In this document: one piece after another, positions 38,765 through 48,836 of the stretch
Layout of the letters: every line of letters starts with the position of its first letter
Numbering within the stretch: the stretch's first letter is position 1
From: an uncultured Saprospiraceae bacterium
Lineage (GTDB): Bacteria; Bacteroidota; Bacteroidia; Chitinophagales; Saprospiraceae
Assembly (NCBI GenBank): GCA_937959275.1
Contig: CALGLU010000022.1
Location: 130,589-194,588, forward strand
Length of the DNA: 64,000 nt
Reading direction: 5' to 3'
Program-made: the position numbers and the translations under genes
The notes under the pieces: model-generated
Told to the model about the DNA's origin: nothing
Seen by the model: only the letters and a program-made list of their open reading frames with translations
Databases searched by the model: none

Positions 38765-40609
38765 ATGCCGTCTGCTTTAAAGTATGTGATTATTTCAATA
38801 CTAATTTTTCTGATAAGTGTTCAATTTCTTGTCCTCCCTTGGAAATATCATGTACTATCATATGTCGAAAAGCAATTAGCAATTGCAATTGGATTGGGCA
38901 TTATTTCTCTTTTATTAGCAGTAAAAAAGAAACTATATCTACCAAAGACTTCTTTTACTTGGATCTTTCTTGCCTTTATTTTTTGGATACTAGTTTCTAG
39001 TTTTTGGGCAGTTAATAGTTCGTTGATTTGGCCTGTGTTTATAGTATGGATCATATTCTTCATGGCATATCTGGTTGCTGTATCATTACCAATGGAGATC
39101 TTAAATGCATCAATTCTAACTACGTTCATTTTGGTAATTATCACATTAAATGTAATGGAAGTATATTTTGTATTAATTAGAGCGACAGTAAGAAATGACT
39201 GGAGTTTGTCATTGGTTTTGATAGAAAATACAGTAAAAACATTTAATTTAAATACGAACTATATCGGTTCATTATTCTTATTGTATGTACCTGTACTTAG
39301 AGCTATTCCATATAAAGCTTGGCAACAAGCAATGTCAAGAACTACTATTTTTTTGATCGTTTGTTTAATTCCTTTACTCAACAGTAGAGCCGTTTCACTA
39401 GCTCTTATTTTTCTTGTTATATTTTATGGTTTACATGGCTTCAAGGAAGGTTATTTAAAAAAATATTTAGCTTTTCTCTTTTTGTCTTTAGGTTTATCCT
39501 TTTTCATATATCAGTCATTAATAGCCAATAAAAAAAACTTTAAAGATAAGTACAATCCAATAAGATCTTATAAACTAAATACAGGTGACGACAGATTAAA
39601 ACTATGGTCGAATACTCTTTTGCTCGTTAAAGAGAAACCAATTCTGGGTTCTGGTGCTGGTAACTGGTTTGTCGAAATAAAAAAGTATGGGCTCAATGAG
39701 TACAGCGGCGGTAGTAGCTATGCACAGGCTCATAATGTATGGCTTGAGACCGCAGCTGAACTGGGTTTGATTGGATTATTATTGTTAATAGGAATAGGAA
39801 TAAGTTGCTTCGCAATAATTTTGAGAATAATGAATTGGCATTTAATTGCTTTTTTTCTCTCTATTTCAATTCTCTTAAGTTTTTATGGACTATATAAGCC
39901 GAGAGGCAATTATTTATCATCGTATTATCTGATATCTTTTATTTGGATTGGTCTTCAATTAAGAAAAATAAATACATTCAGAATTTCTCATCTTTGTGGA
40001 TTTATTTATTGTTTGCTTGTTACGTTTTCTATTTATTTGATTTTTAATTTTGTAAGATTTAGTCAGTATACAGATAGACTAAACAAAGCTGAGAAGCAGA
40101 CTTTAGCAGACGAAATTTTGAACTGGGACAACTATTATATGCCTTGGCTAACGACACTCTATAGGGGTAAACCGGCTTTAGATTTAAAATCAAATTGCTT
40201 ATGGAAAATAGGTTTAAGAGAACAAGCTATTAATGTTCAAAAGGCTGCACATAGAATTGATCCGTATAATCAGTCTAGTTGGTTTAAATTGGGAAGAAGA
40301 TATCAGCTGAATAAAGATTTTGAGAATGCTGGTAATGCTTATTTGGAAGTTTTGAATTTATATGAAGATGACGCAGACGCATCACTAGCACTTACTAATC
40401 TTGGTATAAAAACAGGAAATGATTTACTTTATAACCAAGGCGTAAAATTGTATTATGAACGTATCGCTCCCGATTTCAGTATAAATTATTCAGATCATCA
40501 TCTTACAAGCGAAAATTTGCGGATATCAAAGTTTTGGAAAAAGAGATGTCGTGACATTGATACTTACCAAAAATATATCGAACAATGGGAGACTAAATCA
40601 TTGAGATAG
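38765..40609 (+). CDS. O-antigen ligase/polymerase-like (Wzy_C) polytopic membrane protein with C-terminal TPR region
   Basis: 614 aa with about 10-12 TM segments. Wzy_C-type loop and helix (GSGAGNWF...YAQAHNVWLETAAELGLIGLLLL). C-terminal soluble TPR-like repeats (AINVQKAAHRIDPYNQSSWFKLGRRYQLNKDFENAGNAYLEVL). Confidence 0.7.
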   Translation: MPSALKYVIISILIFLISVQFLVLPWKYHVLSYVEKQLAIAIGLGIISLLLAVKKKLYLPKTSFTWIFLAFIFWILVSSFWAVNSSLIWPVFIVWIIFFMAYLVAVSLPMEILNASILTTFILVIITLNVMEVYFVLIRATVRNDWSLSLVLIENTVKTFNLNTNYIGSLFLLYVPVLRAIPYKAWQQAMSRTTIFLIVCLIPLLNSRAVSLALIFLVIFYGLHGFKEGYLKKYLAFLFLSLGLSFFIYQSLIANKKNFKDKYNPIRSYKLNTGDDRLKLWSNTLLLVKEKPILGSGAGNWFVEIKKYGLNEYSGGSSYAQAHNVWLETAAELGLIGLLLLIGIGISCFAIILRIMNWHLIAFFLSISILLSFYGLYKPRGNYLSSYYLISFIWIGLQLRKINTFRISHLCGFIYCLLVTFSIYLIFNFVRFSQYTDRLNKAEKQTLADEILNWDNYYMPWLTTLYRGKPALDLKSNCLWKIGLREQAINVQKAAHRIDPYNQSSWFKLGRRYQLNKDFENAGNAYLEVLNLYEDDADASLALTNLGIKTGNDLLYNQGVKLYYERIAPDFSINYSDHHLTSENLRISKFWKKRCRDIDTYQKYIEQWETKSLR

Positions 40610-41273
40610 AAAAAATCAAAAGAGATTCATTGTGTACTTCTTCTTCATGGACTTTTGATATAACAAAGTCGGGTGTGCCAAAATGCGAGAGTATGCAGTC
40701 AAGAGCGCTGTTCTTTGTTAGAATCATATAAATGATGCCGATAGAGTGGCGACGTTCAATTAATTGTGTCACTAAGTTTTTAAAGTAAATAAAATTCTCA
40801 CCAGTATTAAATGCATATTCATCTATGCTTTTGATGCTTGAATTATAGAATGGAGGGTTTAGAATGACGACATCAAACGTTGTCTTCGGGATATCATTGA
40901 ATAAGTTGGAATAATAAGAAATAATATCTACTTGATGAGTAAGGCTATTAATTTGTACGCCTTTAATCGCACTGGGGTTGATGTCTGAAACATGCGCATT
41001 AACCTCATTGAATTTGGACAAGAATAAAGATATTGCAGCGCTTCCGCAACCAAGTTCTAAGGTTGATTTTCCTTTTAAATCAATTGATAATAGAAAGTTT
41101 AATAGTGTTTCAGTTGTTAGGTAAAGTTGAGGATGAAAAACAGAAGGCAGCAGCTGTAAGGTCATACCTCTAAATCTAATGCTGCGCTGTTTACGAAAAT
41201 AGTATTTAATCGCAGAGTAGATAGGTTTATTTAGCCGTGATGGCAGGGCATATATAATTCTATTCAGAAGCAA
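40593..41273 (-). CDS. class I SAM-dependent methyltransferase with NPPF/Y motif (N-methyltransferase type)
   Basis: 226 aa. SAM-binding LELGCGSAAISLFLS and catalytic-type motif VVILNPPFY. The start overlaps the upstream radical SAM gene by 14 nt. Confidence 0.7.
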   Translation of the reverse strand: MLLNRIIYALPSRLNKPIYSAIKYYFRKQRSIRFRGMTLQLLPSVFHPQLYLTTETLLNFLLSIDLKGKSTLELGCGSAAISLFLSKFNEVNAHVSDINPSAIKGVQINSLTHQVDIISYYSNLFNDIPKTTFDVVILNPPFYNSSIKSIDEYAFNTGENFIYFKNLVTQLIERRHSIGIIYMILTKNSALDCILSHFGTPDFVISKVHEEEVHNESLLIFSISMI

Positions 41274-42789
41274 ATCCTTCTATTTCTGGTTGACGGTATT
41301 TAAGCCAAAATTTTTGTAATATTTTTAATTCATAAGGAAATTTGAAAAAGCCTGACTTGTAACGCCATGACGAAACCATTTTCATAACTTTAGTTTGTAA
41401 TGGTGTAATTTTAGCGTCAGTCGTAGTCGGATATTGTGCATTAAGTACGGTCTCAAAATTTTTCACTTTGTCAACCATAGCAGGCGTAAGCCATGGGGTC
41501 AGTGGATTTTTCCTTAAGTCGAATTTTTCCCAACTGGGATCAAGCCAATCGTTTAGAGTCGAAGGAAAAGAAAAACCAGCAGCTACTATCTTTTTGTAAA
41601 GTTCTGAACCTTGAGTAGGCACAGGACTATATAAATAAATGATAATTTCGGTAGCCGGATTGATGGATTTAATATCCTTAATAAATGCAATTTCGCTATC
41701 AATTTGTTTCATGACTTGTGACTCACTTTCTCCCGGAAATCCTAGTACGAAGGAATATTCAGGAATAATGCCAAAGCGTCCAATCCGATCAGCAAATGCT
41801 TTAATTTGAGCACCTGTTTGTTTGCCTCCTTTATCAATACTATCTAAGATATCGTCACTCCCGCTTTCAGCCCCAAGGAATATCATTTTGCAGCCAGAAT
41901 TGGCCATTATTTGTAGTGACTCGTCAGAGTATTTGTCAATAGTGTCAATCCTCCCTTCGCCCCACCAAGTCATATTATAGGGTGTAATAAGTTTTGAAAA
42001 CTCAACAGTTCTTTTTTCTGAGACAAAAAAGTTATTGTCATGAAATTCAATTGAATCACCTCCATATGTTGACCTTATTAATTCAATGTCTTCTATAATT
42101 TTTTGTGCAGATTTTCCTTTCCATCGTGCTTCAAAAATAGGAACGACAGCACAAAAAGAGCAAGAAAATGGACATCCAATACTTGAGTGATAAGCAATTG
42201 TTTCCTTTCCTAAATGTGTAGGGCGCAAATAATTTTTTATTGAGTAAAAGTCATTCAGTTTGTCATAAGGTAATCGGGGTAGTTCGTCTTGTAAAACGAG
42301 TGTTTGTTTTTCAGTTTTTACAATGTCGCCGTTTTCAAGTTGGTAGATCAGATTTGGTATGAATTCGAAAGAACTGTCAGTTTCCAACGAATTTAGGAGA
42401 AACGGGAATGCATTGTCTCCCGGACCATTGATAATAAAATCAACGATATCACTTTTTATACAGACCTCGTATTGGTTAGATGCGAAATAGCCGCCCCATA
42501 TATTGGTAATGTTAGGGTAGTGTTCTCTGATTTTATTTGTTATTGGAATGGCTTGCTTGAGTTGTGGACCAGGCATTACAGTACAACCAAAGTAGGCAAA
42601 GGAGTCAGTATCTAAATATTGTTTTATCTTAAGCCATGGATTATCTTCTCGATTTCCATCAACGATTACCCAATCCCATGTCTCATTTATACTTGCCGCA
42701 ATTTGCAAAATAGAATTAGGAATTCTAAAATTTGCGTTAGAGACAGCTCTAGGGTTAAATAAAAGAACTCTTCCAGATTTGGTGGACAT
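41260..42789 (-). CDS. B12-binding domain radical SAM protein
   Basis: N-terminal Rossmann-like cobalamin-binding-type region (RVLLFNPRA...VMPGPQL...IWGGYFAS). Radical SAM cluster motif IGCPFSCSFC (CxxxCxxC) and GAESGSD. I prefer the ATG at 42789 (MSTKSGRVLLF) over the track TTG at 42810. Confidence 0.85.
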   Translation of the reverse strand: MSTKSGRVLLFNPRAVSNANFRIPNSILQIAASINETWDWVIVDGNREDNPWLKIKQYLDTDSFAYFGCTVMPGPQLKQAIPITNKIREHYPNITNIWGGYFASNQYEVCIKSDIVDFIINGPGDNAFPFLLNSLETDSSFEFIPNLIYQLENGDIVKTEKQTLVLQDELPRLPYDKLNDFYSIKNYLRPTHLGKETIAYHSSIGCPFSCSFCAVVPIFEARWKGKSAQKIIEDIELIRSTYGGDSIEFHDNNFFVSEKRTVEFSKLITPYNMTWWGEGRIDTIDKYSDESLQIMANSGCKMIFLGAESGSDDILDSIDKGGKQTGAQIKAFADRIGRFGIIPEYSFVLGFPGESESQVMKQIDSEIAFIKDIKSINPATEIIIYLYSPVPTQGSELYKKIVAAGFSFPSTLNDWLDPSWEKFDLRKNPLTPWLTPAMVDKVKNFETVLNAQYPTTTDAKITPLQTKVMKMVSSWRYKSGFFKFPYELKILQKFWLKYRQPEIEGFASE

Positions 42790-42875
42790 ATATCCAGTAT
42801 TTTGGTACAAAATAACGAACTTTCGCTCTTTGATTGCAGAGTTTATAAATTTTATCTATATCATTGATTTAAGCT

Positions 42876-43568
42876 ATGAACCGATTGATCATTTTTTTGA
42901 AGTGGTGTGATTATTACCTTCAGAAAATATTACCAAATTTTATATCGTCTGGGTTTAGAAGGATTTCATCAGCTTTTATTACACCATTTCATTTCTCATA
43001 TGCTACTGGACATTTTTGGAGTAGTCTACTAAAAAAGTCAATAAACAAGAAGGGTAGCCCGATTCCTTGGTATACGTACTCATTAATTTCTTATTTGGAG
43101 GGACTTGATTTTAATGAATGTACGGTCTTAGAAATTGGTGCAGGCAATTCTTCGTACTGGTGGGCAGAAAGAGCAAAGCAAGTCATCAGTTTAGAAAGTG
43201 ATCGTAAGTGGTATGACAAGCTTACGACAGGCAATACGTTTGGCAATCTAAAATTTAGATTTTTGAATAATTTGAGTTCGAATAATTTGCTGAATGAATT
43301 CGAGGACCTGAAGAGTTCAACTTATGACATTGTTATTCTGGATGGTATGGATAGATTGGGCCTGATGAGCAATTGTTTAGAGATGCTTTCTCCTAGAGGT
43401 ATATTGATAGCCGATGATACAGATCGATATGATTATTCTACTATACTAGAGGGAACAGGAATAAATAAAATTGATTTTCATGGTTATTCTCCATCTGTTG
43501 TTTTACCAAAAACAAGTAGCATTTACTTTTATCAATCTTGTAATCTTCTATTAAATTATGAGCGCTAA
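42876..43568 (+). CDS. probable class I methyltransferase-fold protein
   Basis: 230 aa. VLEIGAGNSSYWWAERAKQVISLESDRKWYDKL and IVILDGMDR ... ILIADDTDRY resemble a Rossmann SAM-binding core. The pattern recalls polysaccharide O-methyltransferase-like (DUF579-type) proteins, from memory only. Confidence 0.45.
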   Translation: MNRLIIFLKWCDYYLQKILPNFISSGFRRISSAFITPFHFSYATGHFWSSLLKKSINKKGSPIPWYTYSLISYLEGLDFNECTVLEIGAGNSSYWWAERAKQVISLESDRKWYDKLTTGNTFGNLKFRFLNNLSSNNLLNEFEDLKSSTYDIVILDGMDRLGLMSNCLEMLSPRGILIADDTDRYDYSTILEGTGINKIDFHGYSPSVVLPKTSSIYFYQSCNLLLNYER

Positions 43569-44709
43569 AGTTTCGATCATTGCATGTCTGCTAAGTTGTG
43601 TTTTTATACTGTCTCATTGTGCAACAGCTAAAAAGCACGCTAGTAAAGAGTATGATTTAATAATTAATTTGAGGTGGGTAAAATCTTATAAACAAGAAAC
43701 AAGAGATAAGGTAGAAATAGGATTAAAATGGGTGCTTTCTTATTTGGGGGCGATGTTACCAAAAGATCCTCAAGAACAAGTTTTCGTTTGGAATGACAAT
43801 AATGATTTGGAATTGAATCTTTCCGGAGCCGGATTTACAGTTTCTTCTCAAAGGTCTCTGAATAGAATTTTAAAAGAGTATAAATTGACTGAAGAATATC
43901 AATTACTTGGCAGTATGGATGTAGGTCGGTTTGTTATGTTGAGTTTTAATTTTAGCGATAATTATTATGCCATTACAGGAGTGGAAAAAAAGTATAATAA
44001 ATTCAAACAAAAATATAAATTCAATCCACAAGATCAAACGCACCTCTTACCTGGACAATCTGGTGTCACTAATGGTTTGCGAAAGCTGTATTTTTCAAAT
44101 GGAAAATCAGTTAATGAGCTTGCTCATATTGCAGAAGAAGGTCATGGTGATAATTTAGAAGAGTTTTATCCTAAGGAGTTCGAGGTCTTTGATTTTATGA
44201 GTAATGGACAACCAAGATTTGCAGTATATAATTCACAGGGTAATTTAAAGCAAGGAGGAGACCCATTCATATCTTTTGCAGGAAAACCTTCAAAATGTAT
44301 GTGGTGCCATGAATCAGGCGTTCAATTACCATTTAGATTGATAAATGAATACCCAGAGAATCCAGAATTGTTAGCCGATTTTAAAAATCTTGTAAGCAAT
44401 CAGAATAGGCTATTATTCAACTATTATGAAGGATTGACTACGGAAGTAGATACGTTTAGGTTCGATAAACGCAGCCATTATTTAGCAGAGCTTCTTTACA
44501 TTACATATCAAGACCCGCCTAAATTAAGAGCAGTAAATGAACTAAAATTGATTGGGCAAATAGGCAAAAGAAAAGACTTGAAAGTAGTTGACAGTGTACA
44601 TCATGAGTTTAAGTTTTTAAAAAACCTAGTGTCAAGAAATGAACTTGACAAACATCTACCTTATAAGTCGGTATTGGGTTTTGATGCTAGAGAGACTAAG
44701 CTGAATTAG
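43558..44709 (+). CDS. hypothetical lipoprotein with single CXXCH motif
   Basis: 383 aa. Lipoprotein-like signal (IIACLLSCVFILSHC). One heme c-type motif, KCMWCHESG. Its start overlaps the preceding gene by 11 nt. Confidence 0.5.
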   Translation: MSAKVSIIACLLSCVFILSHCATAKKHASKEYDLIINLRWVKSYKQETRDKVEIGLKWVLSYLGAMLPKDPQEQVFVWNDNNDLELNLSGAGFTVSSQRSLNRILKEYKLTEEYQLLGSMDVGRFVMLSFNFSDNYYAITGVEKKYNKFKQKYKFNPQDQTHLLPGQSGVTNGLRKLYFSNGKSVNELAHIAEEGHGDNLEEFYPKEFEVFDFMSNGQPRFAVYNSQGNLKQGGDPFISFAGKPSKCMWCHESGVQLPFRLINEYPENPELLADFKNLVSNQNRLLFNYYEGLTTEVDTFRFDKRSHYLAELLYITYQDPPKLRAVNELKLIGQIGKRKDLKVVDSVHHEFKFLKNLVSRNELDKHLPYKSVLGFDARETKLN

Positions 44710-44720
44710 CTGGGTGTATA

Positions 44721-46256
44721 TTAAAGTTGAATTAAATAGACTGCATAATTTTCTCGCTTTACGATTCCTTCACTAAAGGTTTTAAGGAGCGTTACGGTTG
44801 CTGAGTTAAGCTTAAATTCTTTTTCTGTAGCTTCAAAGAAAATATCCTCTCCATGATACAGTAAAACACTTTTCCTTAGATTTTCCTTCTTCATGTAAGC
44901 CATGGTTTCATCAACTGATTTTTTAAGATCAAACTGCTTGTCTAAGCCTCTTGCTTTAAAAAGTTGATCCCATTCGCAAAAAATCACGCTGTCTTGTATA
45001 TTTAAAAAATACACTGGTTGACTATGGTAGTTTCTAATAGAGATACAATTACAGTATGCATTTGATACTAAGGGATAATCCTGATAGCCATTGTTATCCA
45101 AAAATTCATAAATAGATTTAGTAGCAGAAAAGGGTCTTTTTATATCTGAAATTGTATGGTAGACCCCAGAGGCAATCTGAACAATAAGAATAATTCCTAG
45201 AAGTAAAGGTCTATACTTGAGAATAAAGGGTGAAGGAATCCAAACGAAGTTTTCTGTGGATTCATTAGAATCCATCCATTTAAGAGTGATTAGGAAAAGT
45301 AACAATACACCTCCATACCTTACTCCTGCATGTAATTGCGTTATTATATATATAACAACAATAGTAATAGCTAATACGTACCATACAGATAACAACCAAC
45401 TACTTTGCCATCTAAACATAAATGGAAATAACCAAGACAACAAAACCAAGGGTGCAATGAACCATTTAAACTGATATGTTAAGATATTGGTATTCCAAAA
45501 AAATGATGATCCAATATCTGGTACAGGCATTAACGCTTTGAAGAACAGCATGAGCGCATCAGCTAGTTTTTCAAAAGAGATAGAAAAACCAGTGTTTGAA
45601 ACAAATGGATTATCAAATGGGGGAAGGATTGAGAATAATGACATTAGGAGCATGACAACTAAAATGAGTATTCCAGTTTTTGACCCTTTTATTTCATGTA
45701 GCTTAGATAGTCCGGTTTTAGTAATGATGGCGTTTGCAAAAAGCGAAGAAAATATTAAACCGAAAATGTGTGTATTTGCAATTAGTCCTAGGACAATACT
45801 AATTTTAATCCATGACTGTTTGTAATTTTTGTAATAGATAGACAAGCAAAATAGTAGTAGTATAAGGAGACCATAATTTCTTGTTATTACACCATATTCG
45901 TAGAGAGGGAAATAACTAAAAGCACAGGCATACTTTAAATAAGAGGGAAATGGAGCTTTTTTTACAAATAGTAGGACACCTGAAAATGTAATCATTCCAT
46001 GAATGAGTTGTATAAGTAAGGTGTTTTCAGAAATGTAAGAAGCCGCATACATAATAAGAACCCATAAGAAAGGGTGACCGTCATACCTATAATTGTGGAT
46101 TAATTCAACAAGACTGTTTGATTCTCTTGCTACTAACCAATGATGACTTTCATCCATCCACATCTCATGATTTATGATGCCGACAAATAGACACACAGCA
46201 TAAATTAATAAGATGAATGAATTTGTATATTTATGTGTAATTATATTCTTTAGCAT
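44721..46256 (-). CDS. polytopic membrane protein, GT-C-fold glycosyltransferase-like (ArnT/PMT-like)
   Basis: 511 aa with about 11 TM segments. An acidic DE motif follows the first TM (HEMWMDESHHWLVARE), as in GT-C enzymes. Soluble C-terminal domain of about 120 aa. Confidence 0.5.
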   Translation of the reverse strand: MLKNIITHKYTNSFILLIYAVCLFVGIINHEMWMDESHHWLVARESNSLVELIHNYRYDGHPFLWVLIMYAASYISENTLLIQLIHGMITFSGVLLFVKKAPFPSYLKYACAFSYFPLYEYGVITRNYGLLILLLFCLSIYYKNYKQSWIKISIVLGLIANTHIFGLIFSSLFANAIITKTGLSKLHEIKGSKTGILILVVMLLMSLFSILPPFDNPFVSNTGFSISFEKLADALMLFFKALMPVPDIGSSFFWNTNILTYQFKWFIAPLVLLSWLFPFMFRWQSSWLLSVWYVLAITIVVIYIITQLHAGVRYGGVLLLFLITLKWMDSNESTENFVWIPSPFILKYRPLLLGIILIVQIASGVYHTISDIKRPFSATKSIYEFLDNNGYQDYPLVSNAYCNCISIRNYHSQPVYFLNIQDSVIFCEWDQLFKARGLDKQFDLKKSVDETMAYMKKENLRKSVLLYHGEDIFFEATEKEFKLNSATVTLLKTFSEGIVKRENYAVYLIQL

Positions 46257-46339
46257 TTCATCAATAAATTGAAGCTAGTTAAACGACTGTCACTCTCTTT
46301 TTGAAAAGTGAATAACATAGGTAAATATGATACTAATTT

Positions 46340-47221
46340 ATGACGAATAGACTTGTTTCAATTATTACACTTACCTATAATAGAAGAAATATTTTAGGTA
46401 AAAGTATAAAAAGTGCTTTAGAACAAACATATACTAATTTTGAGCTACTCATCTTAGACGATGGGTCAGATGATGGTACTTCAGAATTCATGCAGACATT
46501 TTCTGATAGCCGGATTAGCTATAAGTATTTAAATCACAGTGGGAATGTAGCAGCATTGCGTAACAAAGGAATGAAGCTAGCCAAAGGCGAATATATTGCC
46601 TTCTTAGATTCAGATGATTTATGGTCGCCCAATAAATTAGAAGTTCAGGTAAATTGCTTAGAAGATAACCCAGAGACAGGAATTACATTTTGTGGCACTA
46701 AGCGTTGGGATTCTTATGGTAACATCAAAGAAAATCATTTTAAGCACTTGGAGTATGATTCTGTGCCACAGAATCTTTTTAATGATTTTATAGTTAACAA
46801 ATTTATCGTTGTTCCTTCCGCCTGTTTATTCAGAAAATCTGTTCTTAATCAATCTGGTTATTCCAATGAAAATCTAATAACTGGTGACACTGAGTTTATA
46901 TCTCGAATACTTATTAATGAATTAGCGATAGTAGATAAAGATGCTTATGTTGAAATGACGCAAAATGGTGACAATATGACTAACTATATTCAAAAAGATA
47001 GTTACCATGAATATCAGTATATGCTCGATTACAATTTTGAAAGGAATCTGATCTCTCAGCCGATATACACAAAGATGTCAGCTCGTATGTCGTATTTATT
47101 AGCAAAACAATTGTTAGTTGAAAATAAGCTTAAGGAATCGCGCAAAGTTTTCGGTAAGACAATTCGAATGAATAAGTTGAATTATAAAGCGTGGTTTTAT
47201 TACTTAAAATCTTATTTATAA
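46340..47221 (+). CDS. family 2 glycosyltransferase
   Basis: 293 aa. Motifs VSIITLTYNRRN, ILDDGSDDGT and AFLDSDDLW. Confidence 0.9.
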   Translation: MTNRLVSIITLTYNRRNILGKSIKSALEQTYTNFELLILDDGSDDGTSEFMQTFSDSRISYKYLNHSGNVAALRNKGMKLAKGEYIAFLDSDDLWSPNKLEVQVNCLEDNPETGITFCGTKRWDSYGNIKENHFKHLEYDSVPQNLFNDFIVNKFIVVPSACLFRKSVLNQSGYSNENLITGDTEFISRILINELAIVDKDAYVEMTQNGDNMTNYIQKDSYHEYQYMLDYNFERNLISQPIYTKMSARMSYLLAKQLLVENKLKESRKVFGKTIRMNKLNYKAWFYYLKSYL

Positions 47222-47242
47222 CAAGATTGAATTAATTTATAT

Positions 47243-47983
47243 ATGGCATCATTGAATAAACTCGCGAAAAGAATAGGGAAGCGATTCCTTCCACGATTTT
47301 ATGCGTATTTGAAAGAGCAAAAAATGATGCGCTTTTATTCTACATTAATTAGTCAAGGAGATTTGTGTTTTGATATAGGTGCGAATATGGGGAATCGTAC
47401 ATCAGTGTTTTTAAAACTAGGCGCAACAGTTGTTGCAGTTGAGCCTCAAGCAAAGTGCATCTCGCATTTGGAAGAACTGTATAAAAATGATCAAAATGTC
47501 TCAGTAGAAACTTGCGCATTAAATGAAACATCAGGTAGTTCTATCATGTATATTTCAGATTTTGACCAAATTTCAACCTTGTCGCAAGAATTTGTTCAAA
47601 AATTTGGAGAGGGAAATGAATTAAGCTGGCCTTCGAAAGAAACGGTTGAAATGAAAACATTTGATCAGTTGATTGAACAATATGGTGTCCCTGATTTTAC
47701 AAAAATTGATGTGGAAGGTTTTGAGTTAAATGTACTAAAAGGCTTGTCTGTTTCTATACCTTCTCTTTCTTTTGAATTTACAACGCCAATGAAATATAAA
47801 AGTATAGAATGCATTAAGCAATTGATGAGTTTGGGAGAGTATCAGTTTAAGCTTTCTTACTACGAAACGATGAAGTTCGACAGCCCCAAATGGCTTGATG
47901 ATAAGCAAATCTTACAGCAACTCAATGTGATTCCAAAACACATTGTACATGGTGATGTCTATGCCAAATTAGTTAAGCATTAG
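47243..47983 (+). CDS. FkbM family methyltransferase
   Basis: 246 aa. Motifs CFDIGANMGNRTSVF, VVAVEP and TKIDVEGFELNVLKG. Confidence 0.85.
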   Translation: MASLNKLAKRIGKRFLPRFYAYLKEQKMMRFYSTLISQGDLCFDIGANMGNRTSVFLKLGATVVAVEPQAKCISHLEELYKNDQNVSVETCALNETSGSSIMYISDFDQISTLSQEFVQKFGEGNELSWPSKETVEMKTFDQLIEQYGVPDFTKIDVEGFELNVLKGLSVSIPSLSFEFTTPMKYKSIECIKQLMSLGEYQFKLSYYETMKFDSPKWLDDKQILQQLNVIPKHIVHGDVYAKLVKH

Positions 47984-48836
47984 CTTCATATTTTTCATAG
48001 AATTCAAAGATCTCATTTTCACTATAGAAGTGCTTTGTATACTTTGATTCTAACATGTTTGTTAAATAATCTTGGTTAAAAAAGATCTTCTTTTTAAACT
48101 TGTTGTATAGCTCTGCATATGGTTTTTGTTCTCCAATATTATGGGAATTTAAAGTAAATGTAGAAACGCCGAGAAAACGCCTAATCTCTTCTGACATCTT
48201 GTTATCGTTTAGGTCTGTGCGAAGTAATAGAACCTCAATGTTTTTATCTGTATAAGTGATAGATTTTTTAGTTACATCGAAAGACTTTTCAAATACATTA
48301 ATTGATGTCATTCGAAGAAACTCTTTGTCAAACCATTCTAAAGGAAATTCATGTGGCAAGTATTTATAGTAGGCTTGTACTAATTGATCGATGTCTCCCT
48401 CCCACAGTTTTGGAGGGATGCCAAGATAATATTCGAAAGCCTCAAAGAAAGCAGAAATGTTTCTTTCTATTGGTTCTCTGACACTTGTAATGATTTTTAA
48501 TGGTCTATTTGCTTTTATTCTAAACTGGTAGATAAGGTCTCCAACAGGCCTGCTCGCGGGCACAATTCCTCTTTCTTGACAACTTAGTTCGGCTTGTTCA
48601 TTTATTTTCTTGTCTAGTGTATGTATATGATAAACAGGGATTGTTGTCTGATTATTTATAGAATGGTATATTGAACTAGAAGCTACCTTGGCCATGGTAT
48701 ACACTGCTACAGGAGTAATTTCTTGTTGTAATACTCGACAAGCTTTTCGATAGTTATATCGATCTATTATTTGATAACGCGCTATGGACTTTAGTTTTTT
48801 AATGTTTAAATATTTAGTTTTCTTATCGTATAGCAT
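47973..48836 (-). CDS. sulfotransferase-like protein
   Basis: 287 aa. 5'-PSB-like TMAKVASSSIYHS and 3'-PB-like SVREPIERNISAF motifs in the expected order. The assignment is by pattern only. Confidence 0.45.
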   Translation of the reverse strand: MLYDKKTKYLNIKKLKSIARYQIIDRYNYRKACRVLQQEITPVAVYTMAKVASSSIYHSINNQTTIPVYHIHTLDKKINEQAELSCQERGIVPASRPVGDLIYQFRIKANRPLKIITSVREPIERNISAFFEAFEYYLGIPPKLWEGDIDQLVQAYYKYLPHEFPLEWFDKEFLRMTSINVFEKSFDVTKKSITYTDKNIEVLLLRTDLNDNKMSEEIRRFLGVSTFTLNSHNIGEQKPYAELYNKFKKKIFFNQDYLTNMLESKYTKHFYSENEIFEFYEKYEANA

